Part shown: positions 40,501-52,350 of the stretch, one piece after another
Layout: every line of letters begins with the position of its first letter
How positions within the stretch are numbered: the first letter of the stretch is position 1
Source of the DNA: Camelus ferus
Lineage: Eukaryota
NCBI RefSeq assembly: GCF_009834535.1
Contig: NC_045696.1
Location: 82,710,001 to 82,774,000, forward strand
DNA length: 64,000 nt
Direction of reading: 5' to 3'
The notes under the pieces: model-generated
Told to the model about the DNA's origin: nothing
Database searches by the model: none
Seen by the model: the letters and a program-made list of their open reading frames with translations, nothing else
Translations under genes and position numbers: made by a program

Positions 40501-42119
40501 AGCACTGCTCATGCCAGGCAACTCTTCTCTCTGAATTTTGGCATGCTCTGTTGACTTGTTCCAGCTAACTCCTCCTGAGACAGGTATTTACAAGATGAGT
40601 AGTAGCCATCTGTTTGATAGTCATGGAGGGACCTGCTGTTGGTTATAAGATGGCCTGGAGCTGAGGTCTTGGCCAAGTCGCTTCCCTTCACCGAGCTTTG
40701 GTGGTCCACGTAATGTCTTTCTCAGGTCTGACGTACTCTGAGTCCTAATCTTTGTGATTGAACCTTAATGAGCTTCACCACCCATGATGACCATGAGGGT
40801 AATGGAAGTCATTAGAATGCCCCACATGCCTCTGAGTTGAATATAATTTGATCCAGATCTTTTCCATTCCTTGGGAGCCTGCAAACCTTCTGCAATGCCC
40901 AGATTCAAATCTTCAATCTCCTATCAGGCTGATTTGGGGAACTCTGATGACAAGAACGATCATTGGGTAGAGGAGGCCCCACCAGAAATCCCCTGCCCTT
41001 CCTAGACCCTACTGTCACACAGCCTGTGGCCCTTGTGAGCTTTTTAAGGCTCTTTTTAATGTTCTTTTGAATCTGACCTTGAGGATCTGGGAGGTACACT
41101 GGGACTTGTTTGCATCTTCTAGGATTAGCACAGAGATTGCAATAAGGCTCTGGCATCTTCAGCAAACAAAAAGAAAGAGGATAGCAACAAATTTTAATCG
41201 TGAGTTTCAGAAGGGAGAGGGCAGCAGCATTTCATCCTTCCACATTATGCTGTTTCATCCTCTATCAGTTTAATCTCTTTAAAATGTAAGGTACTGAATC
41301 AGTTATCTAAGCATTCATCTGGTATCAGGGTCATGTTTCATGTCCCATACACAAAAGTTAGGCAGTAAATTCAAAAATATAAAGCCATTGACATAAATAT
41401 CAGCTCTTGAGTGTTTCCTGAAGTACACGGCGCCTGCTGGCATTAGTCCCGTGATCCAAATCTTGCAGATTTGAATATCTGATCCTCGAGGTGACACTCT
41501 AATTTGGACATGGACTCTAACACCCAATGTGAAACATGCAGAATAGCCAAATCTACCCAAAACAAAGCAAAACAGATTTTCATCAGGTCAGTGTGTATGC
41601 ACTGCTTAAAAGAAACGTTTCAGAAAATTTTGTACATTTGAGGCTTGAAATAGAGCCCACTTTCAATAAATAGATGCTCTGATGAGGACTATATCCAGTG
41701 GGCTAATTAACTTGCCTTTTAGTTTTGGAGATCTTGGCTTAGGTTACAAGAGAACAGATTTCCCTAGTTTTAATGTGTTCCATACCAGACATTTGCCTAC
41801 TTCTCCTAAATATAAACTGATCTCCTCTGTCACTAACACAGAGGATTGAGCATTTCTGAAGCAGGCTGAGGTAGTCAAGGAGAAATTTGAGAATTTCCTG
41901 AGGAACGTAGAGGAAGGCATAAGCCAAGTTTTATGGCAATTGTATTTACTATTTAAAATTAATAATCATTATAGTCTTATGTGGTATGTAATGTTATAAT
42001 TAGTCATAATATATGACTAATTCTCCCAGGAACTCAGTTATTCCTTGATAGCAAGTTGGAGATTGAGCCTTGTAGAGAAAGCCCTGGGGAGCTGGGCTTA
42101 TTCAAGTGGGGGAAATGAA

Positions 42120-42290
42120 GGATAAAGAGTGATTTATTGACTATTTTCAAATAATGGATCTTTCCCATCAAGAGATGAGGCTGGACTACTGTTCAGAGAA
42201 GTCTGAGTAATATGAAATGAGCTTCAACTGAAGGATGCAGGATTTAGGTAAAGTACACAGAAGGATTTCCTTTTAATAAGTGGAATTCAG
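42120..42290 (+). mobile_element. L3/CR1 fragment
   Basis: GACTATTTTCAAATA ... GGATTTAGGTAAAGTACACAGAAGGATTTCCT resembles the CR1 3' region. Confidence 0.5.
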
Positions 42291-42909
42291 CATGAATGGA
42301 TTCTTAGACCACAGAGGTGGGAGTGGTGGTAGGAAGGTGGCTGGTAACTGTTGAAAACGTGAGAAAAGCACCAAAAGTAAATGAAATTATGGAATGTAAG
42401 TCATGATTTTGTTTGTTCTGATCCATTCTAAAAACTGAAAATTTTTCTTCAGGCTAGAACCTAGAAACCACCACCACATCCAAGTATATCCATACCCTGT
42501 TAGAAGGGACTCAAAATAAATAAGAGTCATAACTGGTGTTGCTCAGGCGGAAACTAAAACAAAGATGCTTTTTTTTTTTTTTTTTACCATTAACAAAGGA
42601 TGTTTGTAGTATTTATGACTCTAGAAGTATTGCTTTATTTTACTTTTATGGCATCATCTCTTCAAAATTAAAATATACATCATCAGCATCATTAAAGTGT
42701 GTTGGTTGAGTCACCCAAAAGTTTTCAAGAATGTATTTCTTCATTTGCATCCATAGTATCTGAGACACATCACTTTTACAATTTGTGTATGTGGCTGTCA
42801 CCAGGAGGTTCATCTCAGGTCCAAGTAGCCAATAATGTAAGTTCAGAACTATTTTTTTTAATGTGTCCTGTGGGTACATATTCAGGGACTGACTCCACAA
42901 AGTAACTTC

Positions 42910-42968
42910 TTCCTATATACTTTCATTTATTTATTTATTTATTTTTTAGAACATTTCCTATATACTTT
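42910..42968 (-). mobile_element. Minimal L1-mediated insertion (A-tail plus a few bases) with 14-bp target-site duplication
   Basis: TTCCTATATACTTT at 42910-42923 and 42955-42968 flanks a 31-bp T-rich insert; the minus-strand junction reads TTTT/AAAAG. Confidence 0.7.
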
Positions 42969-44640
42969 TAAAAACTGTCTTAAAATTATAATGCAGTCCA
43001 TCAAACATTTGAAATTGTGACATCATATCCAAAGGGAAAGCTAATAAATCTGGGTTAAATGTTGTTGCCTCTTCTTAAAAATAATTCCGTTCTGTGACAT
43101 CTATAATCATCCAAATAAACTTTTGTTTTCAGTTTTTTTTCCCCCAGCTAACATATTTTCTCCAAAAGTACCTTGAGCGTGCTCCCTGTAATATAGAGAT
43201 TTTACTAACATCCGAATATAGCATGCTTCCTCTTTTCTAAGGGAAAATTTGGGGGGGAAAGACCTTTTATCAGGTCATATTAAGGCATCAGTGCTCTCCC
43301 CAACACTATTTTCTGGGCTCGTATCAAGGTTGATATGCTTAAGATTAGTGATGTTGGCATCTCAAGATATAGTCTAAGCACAGAACCTTTTGTTAGATGG
43401 CAAAGCTACAGCAATCCAAGAGAGTTACAGCTCCCAGAGCCTTCTCTAGAGGGGAATTATATCCCAGAGGACGGCTCCCAAAGTTACTTTTAAATTATAT
43501 TTCAATCTGATGACTCCAATAGATTCTAACCTCGCTCAGAGGAAGGGTTTATTTTCAGATTTCCATGTAAGAGATAAGAAGAAATGACTGACTGAATAAA
43601 AGCTGCTTCCCAACATTGGATGAAAAGTTAGAATTCCTGCTTGCAGTTCCTAAGCTAAGTCCTCCACCCCTATCCAAGTGCTACAAAATTTATCAGGAAT
43701 TTTTTTTTTCCCTCTAAGTAGCGATCATTTGATGTTAGTCAAACTCCAACTGGCCAATATAAATGCCCAGTGAGAGACGAGAGTTGCACAGCCTGTCAGG
43801 AGTAGCTCAAGTGGCTGTTTGGTCAAAGTACTTGCTGAAGCAGAAACAACCCTTTTTGTTCTGAAAGCATGTTAATGTGATAATGAAATGCACAAAGCGA
43901 AGAGGTTCATCCATATAAATGGGTCATTTAAATAATGAGTAAGGAGGAAGGATGTGGTTTGGTGTCAGTACTGATTAATTAGGACATAAAAATAAATAAC
44001 CATCCCCACATTGGCTACCTCCCTTGAAACGTACTCTATTAGTGGGCAATGAAGTTAATGCAATTGACAATATAATTACAGGTTAGTTAACAGAACAATC
44101 CATGAAGAGGGTCTTGCTTCTTTTACAGGTTTAATTAGCTAGACAGCATCTCTCTTAATTTTCTCATCTCTACCTTGCTAATCTTCTGGTCCTCATAGAG
44201 AAATCTAGTGTTTTAACTGATCTCTCAGATTGTACTGGATTTTAGATACAGATATATAGGATTGTTTTAGGTATTTAGTTCAACCAACTTTTATTAAATG
44301 TCTTTCACGTGGCAGTCTCTGCGTATGTGCATGGTAGTGAGTTTACAGACCTACACTTTAGAAAAATGCAACAATGCTGACCAGTGACTTTCTTCTACTA
44401 AAACCATTTTCTCTGGAATCTTTGCATCTTTCATAGGCATATGGCTAGCTTTAGTCCCTCACTGAAGAGGTAAACCTTGAGGCGATGTTATTCAGTCTAT
44501 TTTACACAATTCTGATTGAGGATAATGCGAGGTAGTTGAAAAGTTAATAATCAGCTCAGCTTCAAATACTCAAGGAACCCATAAGTTGAGATCTATTAGC
44601 GTCTCTAGGGGTCACTGAGACAACTGGAAGGGCACCTGGA

Positions 44641-44660
44641 ACACACACACACACACACAC
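44641..44660. repeat. (AC)n microsatellite
   Basis: (AC)10. Confidence 0.9.
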
Positions 44661-46009
44661 CCCCATACATAGCACATAAAACAACAAAACCTCACATAAA
44701 ACAACTTGAGATGCCTCCCCATCCCACAGTATACCAGTAAGGGTGAATGTGATTTGGTTAATAATTTCTTGGTACTGTTAAATGATGACTCTGAGGCTGA
44801 TTTTCACTTAGAACAAGTCAGCTGTAAGTTGGTGGATATTCTCTTTTAAGAACGAATTTCATGCTGATAGAGGAAACCTACAATGTTATTTTCAAAAGCC
44901 TATTTCACCCTTCTGGTGTAGATGTAACTTTCTTATATTGTAAAATGAAAGAAAAAAATCAAAACTGAATTGTGTTTGGAGAATAAGCAAGAAAATTGCT
45001 CTTTATGCTGCAGAAGTGATTGATGTCTTCAGACCCCTTCTCTAAAATTTTGACTTTTTATTTATTTACCTGTCTATCTGTCTATCTATCTATCTATCCA
45101 TCCCTGCCTATTCCCCAGGTTTGCAGTCAAGATTTTCTTGACCAAAACTTGCCCCCTTCCTTTTTCTCTCTCTCCCGCTCTGTCTCAGGGTAAAACACAG
45201 AGAAAGCAGAACGTTCCATTTTTTTTCACAATGGTTCATTTGTATTCTCTGAACCCAAGACTAAGGCAAGTTCTAATGTCTAACTGTTTCATGTCACCAC
45301 CGAGGTAGCAGTGACACACTAGCTGCTGAGGAATGAATATATTTATCTGGCTTCTAAACCTGCATACACTGCTGAATAATGAACAGATGTTAACAATTAC
45401 TCTAAACGTCCTGGATATTTTGTAAAACTTTTATCAAACTTAGGGTAGTTTATTGATTTTGTCAGAATCATGCCTTGGGCACAAAACATATTGTCATTTG
45501 GGATACAACGTGGGCAAAGTGGATGTCCATTAGCATTTTAAACTCAGACACTAGGGTCTCGCTTCTGGAACCTTCTGAACAATAGGTCTGTCTAATGCAT
45601 TCTTGCTCTTCCTGCATTAAAAAAAAAGCAAATCCATTGGCAAGTTTCTTATAGCCTCACCTTTTAGGATATGGCACTAAAAATTTAGGACCAAGAAGTA
45701 ATGAGTAGAAAATTTGAGCACCAGCCCCATGCATTTCAGGTAAACATTACAACCCAGCTCAGTGAAAACTACCTATGTTTGTTTTTTTAAATAAATGAAC
45801 AAAAATCTATATTCCCGTTTCTCTGGAGTTATGGTTTGTGGTGTTGTTATTGTTCTTTTTTGTAACATCAAGCCATTTTCATTGAATGATACAGAAAGTC
45901 ACTCTGAATTCAAATATAAAATAAGGCCATCCATCATGTTAACAATTTAATTACCTGAGTATATATTTTTCCAGCAAAAAAAACCCCATTATTTGTTGTG
46001 TATCTTATT

Positions 46010-46170
46010 ACTGCGCCGTTGCCTCGGGACAGCTGGGCTGTCACGGAGCAGGCCTCGCGGTAGGAGTCTCGGAGCAGGGAGCAGAGACGCCGGGCCGCCC
46101 TCTGCCACCTTCCCGGGCCTGCTCGGAGCCCGTGTTTGCTGGAGGCCTCACCTGTTTAGAGTCCCTGTAA
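46010..46170. promoter_or_regulatory. Small CpG-rich patch (candidate enhancer or internal promoter)
   Basis: About 13 CpGs by eye in ~130 bp against a CpG-depleted background, followed by CCT|GTAAGT at 46166/46167. Confidence 0.4.
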
Positions 46171-49100
46171 GTGCTGCTGCCACAGTGAAATGGCGACTTG
46201 TACAGGCAGCCAAGCGTGGCCAACAGAGTGAAAGGGTAGCATGAAACAGAAATGTGATATTTTCTATCTTCTGAGGGCCCAGGAAATAGGATGCCCGCTG
46301 CCAAGCTGGGCCTTGGTATCAGGATCACACTGAGCGCAGGGAACGTGGTGAGATTCACTGTTCAGGACTCGCGGAGGAGGCCGAGTAAACAAGGCCTGAG
46401 GTTCCCCTGCTTGTGTAAGCTTCTGTCTTCCCAGTGATTACGGATTAAGGAATAATCTCATCATTGAGGAAATGAGGAGATTAGAATAAGGGAGGCAAAG
46501 CGGAAAAGAACAGCTTCTGGGCCTTCTCAGGGCAGTGGGATTTCAGAGATGCCCCCTCAGCTCCAGCACTCAGCAGGTGGTGGGCAATTGTCTGTGATCC
46601 CACCCTCTTGTTTGCTTTCTTTTTTTAAATCACATGCCCTATTACAAATTCCTGATAAATTGATAATATAGCAACAATCCTATCTGCTTTGGGGAGTTTG
46701 TTGGGCATAAGGTGGCAGGGAAAGTTTTTCCCTGCTTTTACAGTTTGATGCAACCTGGTGGTTGGCAGCCTGATTTTGGCCTGTTCCTTTGCTGCAAGCA
46801 TTGTCAACTGAGGAAGACAGAAAACAAAGACCAGACTTCAACCGGCCATTTATACACGCTGCCTGTTTCCTGGCTGGATAATGTTACAAGAAAGGAACAT
46901 GTTCTGTCCTTACTAAAGCTCTGAGTTGAGGATAATTCTTGCATTTCAGAACAGGGGCCTGATAAATGGGACAGACAATAGGGCTTGGCGGACATCTCTG
47001 GTTATGACTCTTCCAGGGAGCAGGGGGCAAGCTGCCTAATGGAAATCTTTGCTTCTGAACTTTGTCCAGGTGGCCCTACTAGGCACCCCCCTTTTTAATT
47101 TCAGAACACACAATTTGAGAAATAGGCTCACTACAGTGTTTGCCTGAAGAAGAGGTGCTGATCCTTTTACCATTAAACCAATGCACAGAAGTTTCTTCCA
47201 AGCAGGTTTTACTGGAGATGATTCAACCATCACCAATGATGACCAGAAGAGGGTCGTTTTTCTTATGAGGTCCTTGATAACTTTACAAAGGCATCTGATT
47301 TTCACAGCGAACGCATGTTTTCATAAATGGAAACAAATTAAAACAGTAGGCGAGGGCTTTCTCAAAACCCTTGCCAAGTACATTAAACACACAAAAGTAC
47401 ATACACAGTGAAAGTTGGTTGAAAACAGCTGTTTTAAAGGACTTTTGGTGGATGCCGTTAACAGCATCATCATTAGAAGGCCTGAAGCGAACGTGTTACT
47501 GATTACACCCCATTAAGGAATTGGAATGTGTTCCCCCAAGGAAACAGCGCAGCACATGCTGTTTGAAAATAACAACCAACTCCAAAACACTCAGCAAAGG
47601 CCTTCTTAGGGGTTGTGCAGCCTATCTATAAAGATAAAAGTCTCAGGAAAATGAAAGTACATCTTATCTTAACCAATCAGAATATTTTTAACAGGCTTGT
47701 TTGAGTGGAGCTTTCCTTAACGTCTTTCACCTTTTCCCCAAACCTTCTCTGTCTTCTGCCGTCACACACTCTACTGAAGTTGTACAAGAAACCGATAGGG
47801 AGGAAGTCTGGGGCTTCCGTTTGTTAGGGCATGCAAATCCCGCTGTCCACTTTGACTGTGAAACAGGATGCCGAGCTAGGTCAGCCCCTGGTAGGATGTG
47901 TTTGGCTTGGGAGCAGAGAGCGCTCTTCAGGGTGGGACGGAAGGCTGCGGTGGGGTCTGTGGGCTACGGAAAATTTAATAAGGACCATGGGATTACTGCT
48001 CTGAGAAATAATGTTCATGTGTTGAAAAGGCCCGGTCAGAACGCCACCGAAGCCGGGGCTGCCGCACGTCTGCAGCTCAGCTGCGGTTGTTCGACTTGTG
48101 TCTGCCTGTCTGTCCATCGTGGCACAGACGAGGGCCACAGACACTTTTCATAATGGCTCAGAAGCCTCCCCAGGGCCCCTGAGGGTAGGCTGGGAAGGAA
48201 TTTAAGTCCAACGCTTGGTAAGAAAAAAAGGGCTTTTTCACCTCTTCCACACATCTGAAAGAAGGGTCGGATTTCTCCTCGTGATGGAAGAGTCACTGCT
48301 GGGGACGAACCTCCTTTCACTACGAGGGGGCCACACTGGGGGTCACGTTAGGAAGGGCGGCTTCTCCTTTCCAGCTTCCTGAGTTGGGAGTCACTGCCTG
48401 AAATGAGCAAGCACCCCGAAGTCCAGGGAAGTATGTGGTGCTGCATAGACCCAAAGTTAGGCTCAAATCTACATGCTTGTGAAAGACACGATTGCAGCAA
48501 TGCTAATATAAAAGTGATATGATTGTATAATAGGAACTTTTGTTATTGTTTTCCTTGTGTGAAGCATATTTGAGTTCCATTGATGGGACTTTAATAAGCT
48601 CTATAAACTCTGTTAGCCCTTGTGTCCTTATTTTTGAAAAGAGAAGAATAAGACCTATAATATATAATATTGTGAGCAGCCCATACTAGGCCTGTGTACA
48701 GATATGTATATGTACATGTTTGTATATACATATATGTGTATGTTTTGTGTGCACAGACACTATAAAAATGGATGTCAGCATTTTTGCTATAAGAATCCCC
48801 TGGGGATTTAGGGACCATTTGCAATTTCAGATTGTGAGAGAGGTCTAATTGCTGAAGAGGACAAGGGTCCCTGGGAAAATCCTTTCCCCCAGCTGATTCG
48901 GAACTTTGGAGACCCTTAGAGTTCAGCTGAGGCAAAACTAGACTTTTTCAGTTCAAGCATATCCCTTGCCAGAGTGAGCAGTGATCTTAATCTAAACAGT
49001 CAGGATTCCCAAGCCCTCGGACGAGACTGCTAGAATGTGACCTAGGGATTCCTGAAAGGCTGTTACACCCCAGCCTGTGATATCTGGGCACTGGGGTATC

Positions 49101-51511
49101 ACAGTGCAGTTCCCCATGTGGTAACCTCAAACCATCTTCCTTTATTGCACAGTTCTCAGAGCGCAGAAGGCTCTATTCGGACAGAGTCTTGATAGGGAGT
49201 TCTGAACTCAACAGAGAAGGCTGGTCGCAGAACCTGGCGCTGGTCTGTGCACCTGAAGGAACTGTTTCTAATGGGGACACACTTGACAAAGCGCCTTTTG
49301 TCAAAGCCGACAGTAAGTGTGAGGGAAACTAGTAGAAATGGTGATAAGTTTATTACACTAAAACTTTGATGTAACAGATAAATATATTATTGAAAACACT
49401 GCAACCATGCCTCCTAGGAAATGTTTTTGATAACATGACACAAATATTAGTATTACCAACTATCAGCAGAAGTCATTTGCCACAAAGAAAATACGGTTGA
49501 TGTTGAACAAAGGGAATGGTTATAGGTGTCAGCTGTGAGGCCATGTAACTAGGTGACTATGTCTCTCACCATTTCCTTTTCAGTGAATTATGGGCAAGGT
49601 AAATAATTTTAAGGAACCTACGTGCATTTCAAAAAACAATGTTTTTTTTATAGTAAAATTAATTTATTGTCCATTAAAAAAAAGAGAGAGAACTCAGGAA
49701 AATTGTGCCCAGGAATTCTGGAGATGAGGTCTATGGTTAGACATTTCGGCTTGCTAATTGGCAGTTAGCTGGAGATGCAGTCTTTCACATGTGAACTTTA
49801 TTCTGTTGTATTATCATTATTGCTATATTATTCTAGTCATCAAGATATTTATATTTTTTCTTGGCAGGCAAGCTATTTTTTCCCTTATTGTACAAATAAT
49901 TCTTTTATATAATACATATGCTCACTCTCTCTTTCCCCCTCATTCTTCCCTATGTCTATCAATTCTGTGATCATTTACTGGACATCTACTGAGCTGAGTT
50001 ACTAGACAAACGAAGAGAAAGTTTTGGGTCTCTGATTCTGAGCAACTCATACAATTTCTTTTGTTCAGATTCTGGAGGTGATTGAAGTAATCGTGTCTTC
50101 TGGAAAACATTGTCCCTATGGAAAAAATTCTCTCATAGAAATTACTCTAAGGGAGGGATCTCCCAACTGGGTGCTCACAGGCCAGGGGTGATAAGAGATG
50201 ATCTTTTAAGGTCATCTTAATAAAAAATTCTGAAGATTTGTTTCTACTTTACTGTCATATTTTAAACTTGGATTTATTAATATAATATTACTATATATTC
50301 ATTAATATATTGACATAGTGAATAATTCATAAATAAATATAGACACGTTGGAAATGCACGCTGAACAAATTTTCTTGTCAGGGAGTGTGATGGTACACAT
50401 TTGAGGACTACTGTTCTGGATTATAGTCTCCATGAAGACAGACATCCTCTCCATCTTGTTTTGCCCTTTACTGTGAGTGACAGTGTCTGGCACATTTGGA
50501 CACAATAAATATGCAGCAAGAGAATAAAGAAATGAGTGGCTAAGCCAACACATGGTTTATGTCCCTTTCCTTTGGAGTGGCTTGCTCTAATACACCACTA
50601 ACATGTGGCAATGTGCTAGTCAGCATTTTTTTTTAAAGACTTTTATATGGAAATACTGTCTTTTCTCTAGATTTGAGTCTAATTTTGGGTCTATACAGCA
50701 CCACATTCGAGCGGAAATCTTCTGGAGGAAAGAGAGACTTGTGATCCCTCCAGGCACACCTTATGGGCTGCTGTGCAAGCTGCTTACTTGCCTGGTCTTG
50801 AAAATAGGCCATTGTGAAACTAACTCTTGAAAAAATCCAAAGAAGGTCATCTGGCCAATCATCACTTCCCTTCTAGGCAGGAGGATGCAGACAAGTAGGC
50901 TTACGCTCTAAACCATCTCCACACCCTCCCAGAGGAACCTATGGAAGTGCTGGAATCTGGGTGTACTTTAAAGATAATGGTTATTTAACTAGGAAAAAAT
51001 ATGGTAAGGATAAGCTCCTTAGGTTTGTTGAATGAGTAGCACTTAACAGGGTCATTCTTTTTCCTCTTCTTTGTTTCAGTAGAGAGGAGGAGGTGGGTTT
51101 TGTGAATTCATGGGCAGCTTGGAAGTACAGCAGTATAGCCCAAAGGAAATAATATGCACAAAAGTCTAAAACAAACCAAACAACCCTGGTGCCTAATGTT
51201 CTGATGTCTTCTCTGCAAATGTGCCCCTTTTACCATTTCTACGTTTACAGTTCAAAAGTTCTTTTTACAAACAATAAAGCGTATGACTTTGTTATGAGAG
51301 AAAATGATCGCAATAATAAAATGAACTTACATCTATCTGGCATGTGCTTCAGAATTCATGAAGCATTTCTACACTGATTATCACATGTAACTCTTACAGC
51401 CAGTCACCACACGTTTCCTAGTTTCATGGAGGAAAAAGTGGAAATTCCAAGATGTTAAGTGACAGAACCAGGGACCCTGCTCTTTCTAAGCGCAGAGATA
51501 TCTCCTTTACA

Positions 51512-51692
51512 TCAGTACTTCTCTGACAGTACTGTGAATGCATTTGCCTGGGGGCCCTGTTAAAATGCAGATTCTGATTTGGCAGTTTCTGGATGGGACT
51601 GAGTTTCTGCATTTCTAATGGGGGGGGGGGAGGGAGCCTTCCCAGTTGATACTGTTGCTTTTATCCAGGGATCAGACTTTGAGGAGCAAGAT
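51512..51692. mobile_element. MER5A hAT-Charlie element, interrupted by a G-run
   Basis: CCTGGGGG..TGTTAAAATGCAGATTCTGATT ... TCTGCATTTCTAA ... ACTTTGAGGAGCAAG. Confidence 0.85.
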
Positions 51693-51859
51693 TCTGCATC
51701 ACAACTGGTTCCTACGTGATGTAGTTAAAGTTAAAGACAGCCTTGCTGAGTAGCTTGGTGTACTGTGTTTAGGATAATATGAGCCAAAGTTTTGCTTATC
51801 GCTGCTTTTCAGCTGGGCCATCACAACAACTCCAGACATCGGTTAGCATCTCTTCCCTG

Positions 51860-52350
51860 CCCTCAGCTTCCTCCACTGCTGTCAGTTCTTTCCGTCTAAA
51901 TCACAGTCTCATCATGCCGTTTCCAGCTGAGAAGGCCCACGGCGGTGCTCCATTTCCAACTGGATGAATTGCAATTTTGGAGCACAGCACGTTAGGGACT
52001 TCACTCTGTCCCTTACCCTTTCACCCACACCTCCTGCTACAGCCTACACCATGGCCAGACCCCTCCTCATCCCAATATGCTGTGTTCCATGCATCCCAAA
52101 CACAACATGCTTGCTATTGTGCATCCATGGAATTTCATTTCTGTATCTGTTCTAGTTCTTTACACAATTATTTGCTTATAAACTTTTCTCGTTATGTTGA
52201 GAAAGTTACAAACAATTATGTTTATAAACTTCTTACAAGGGAATGATGGAGCCTTAAATTGTGTTTGTGTGTTTGTGGGTGTGTGTGTCTGATAGTTGGC
52301 ATTGTTCTTTGCATAATGAACACACAATAAATATCTGTGGAATAGATACA
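51860..52350 (+). mobile_element. L2 LINE 3' region (degenerate)
   Basis: TCACAGTCTCATCATGCC ... ending ACAATAAATATCTGTGGAAT. Confidence 0.55.

Noticed and set aside
47701..48153. 150-aa ORF in a GC-rich patch
   Set aside because: Non-ATG start, no recognisable domain or convincing splice sites; long frames are expected at higher GC
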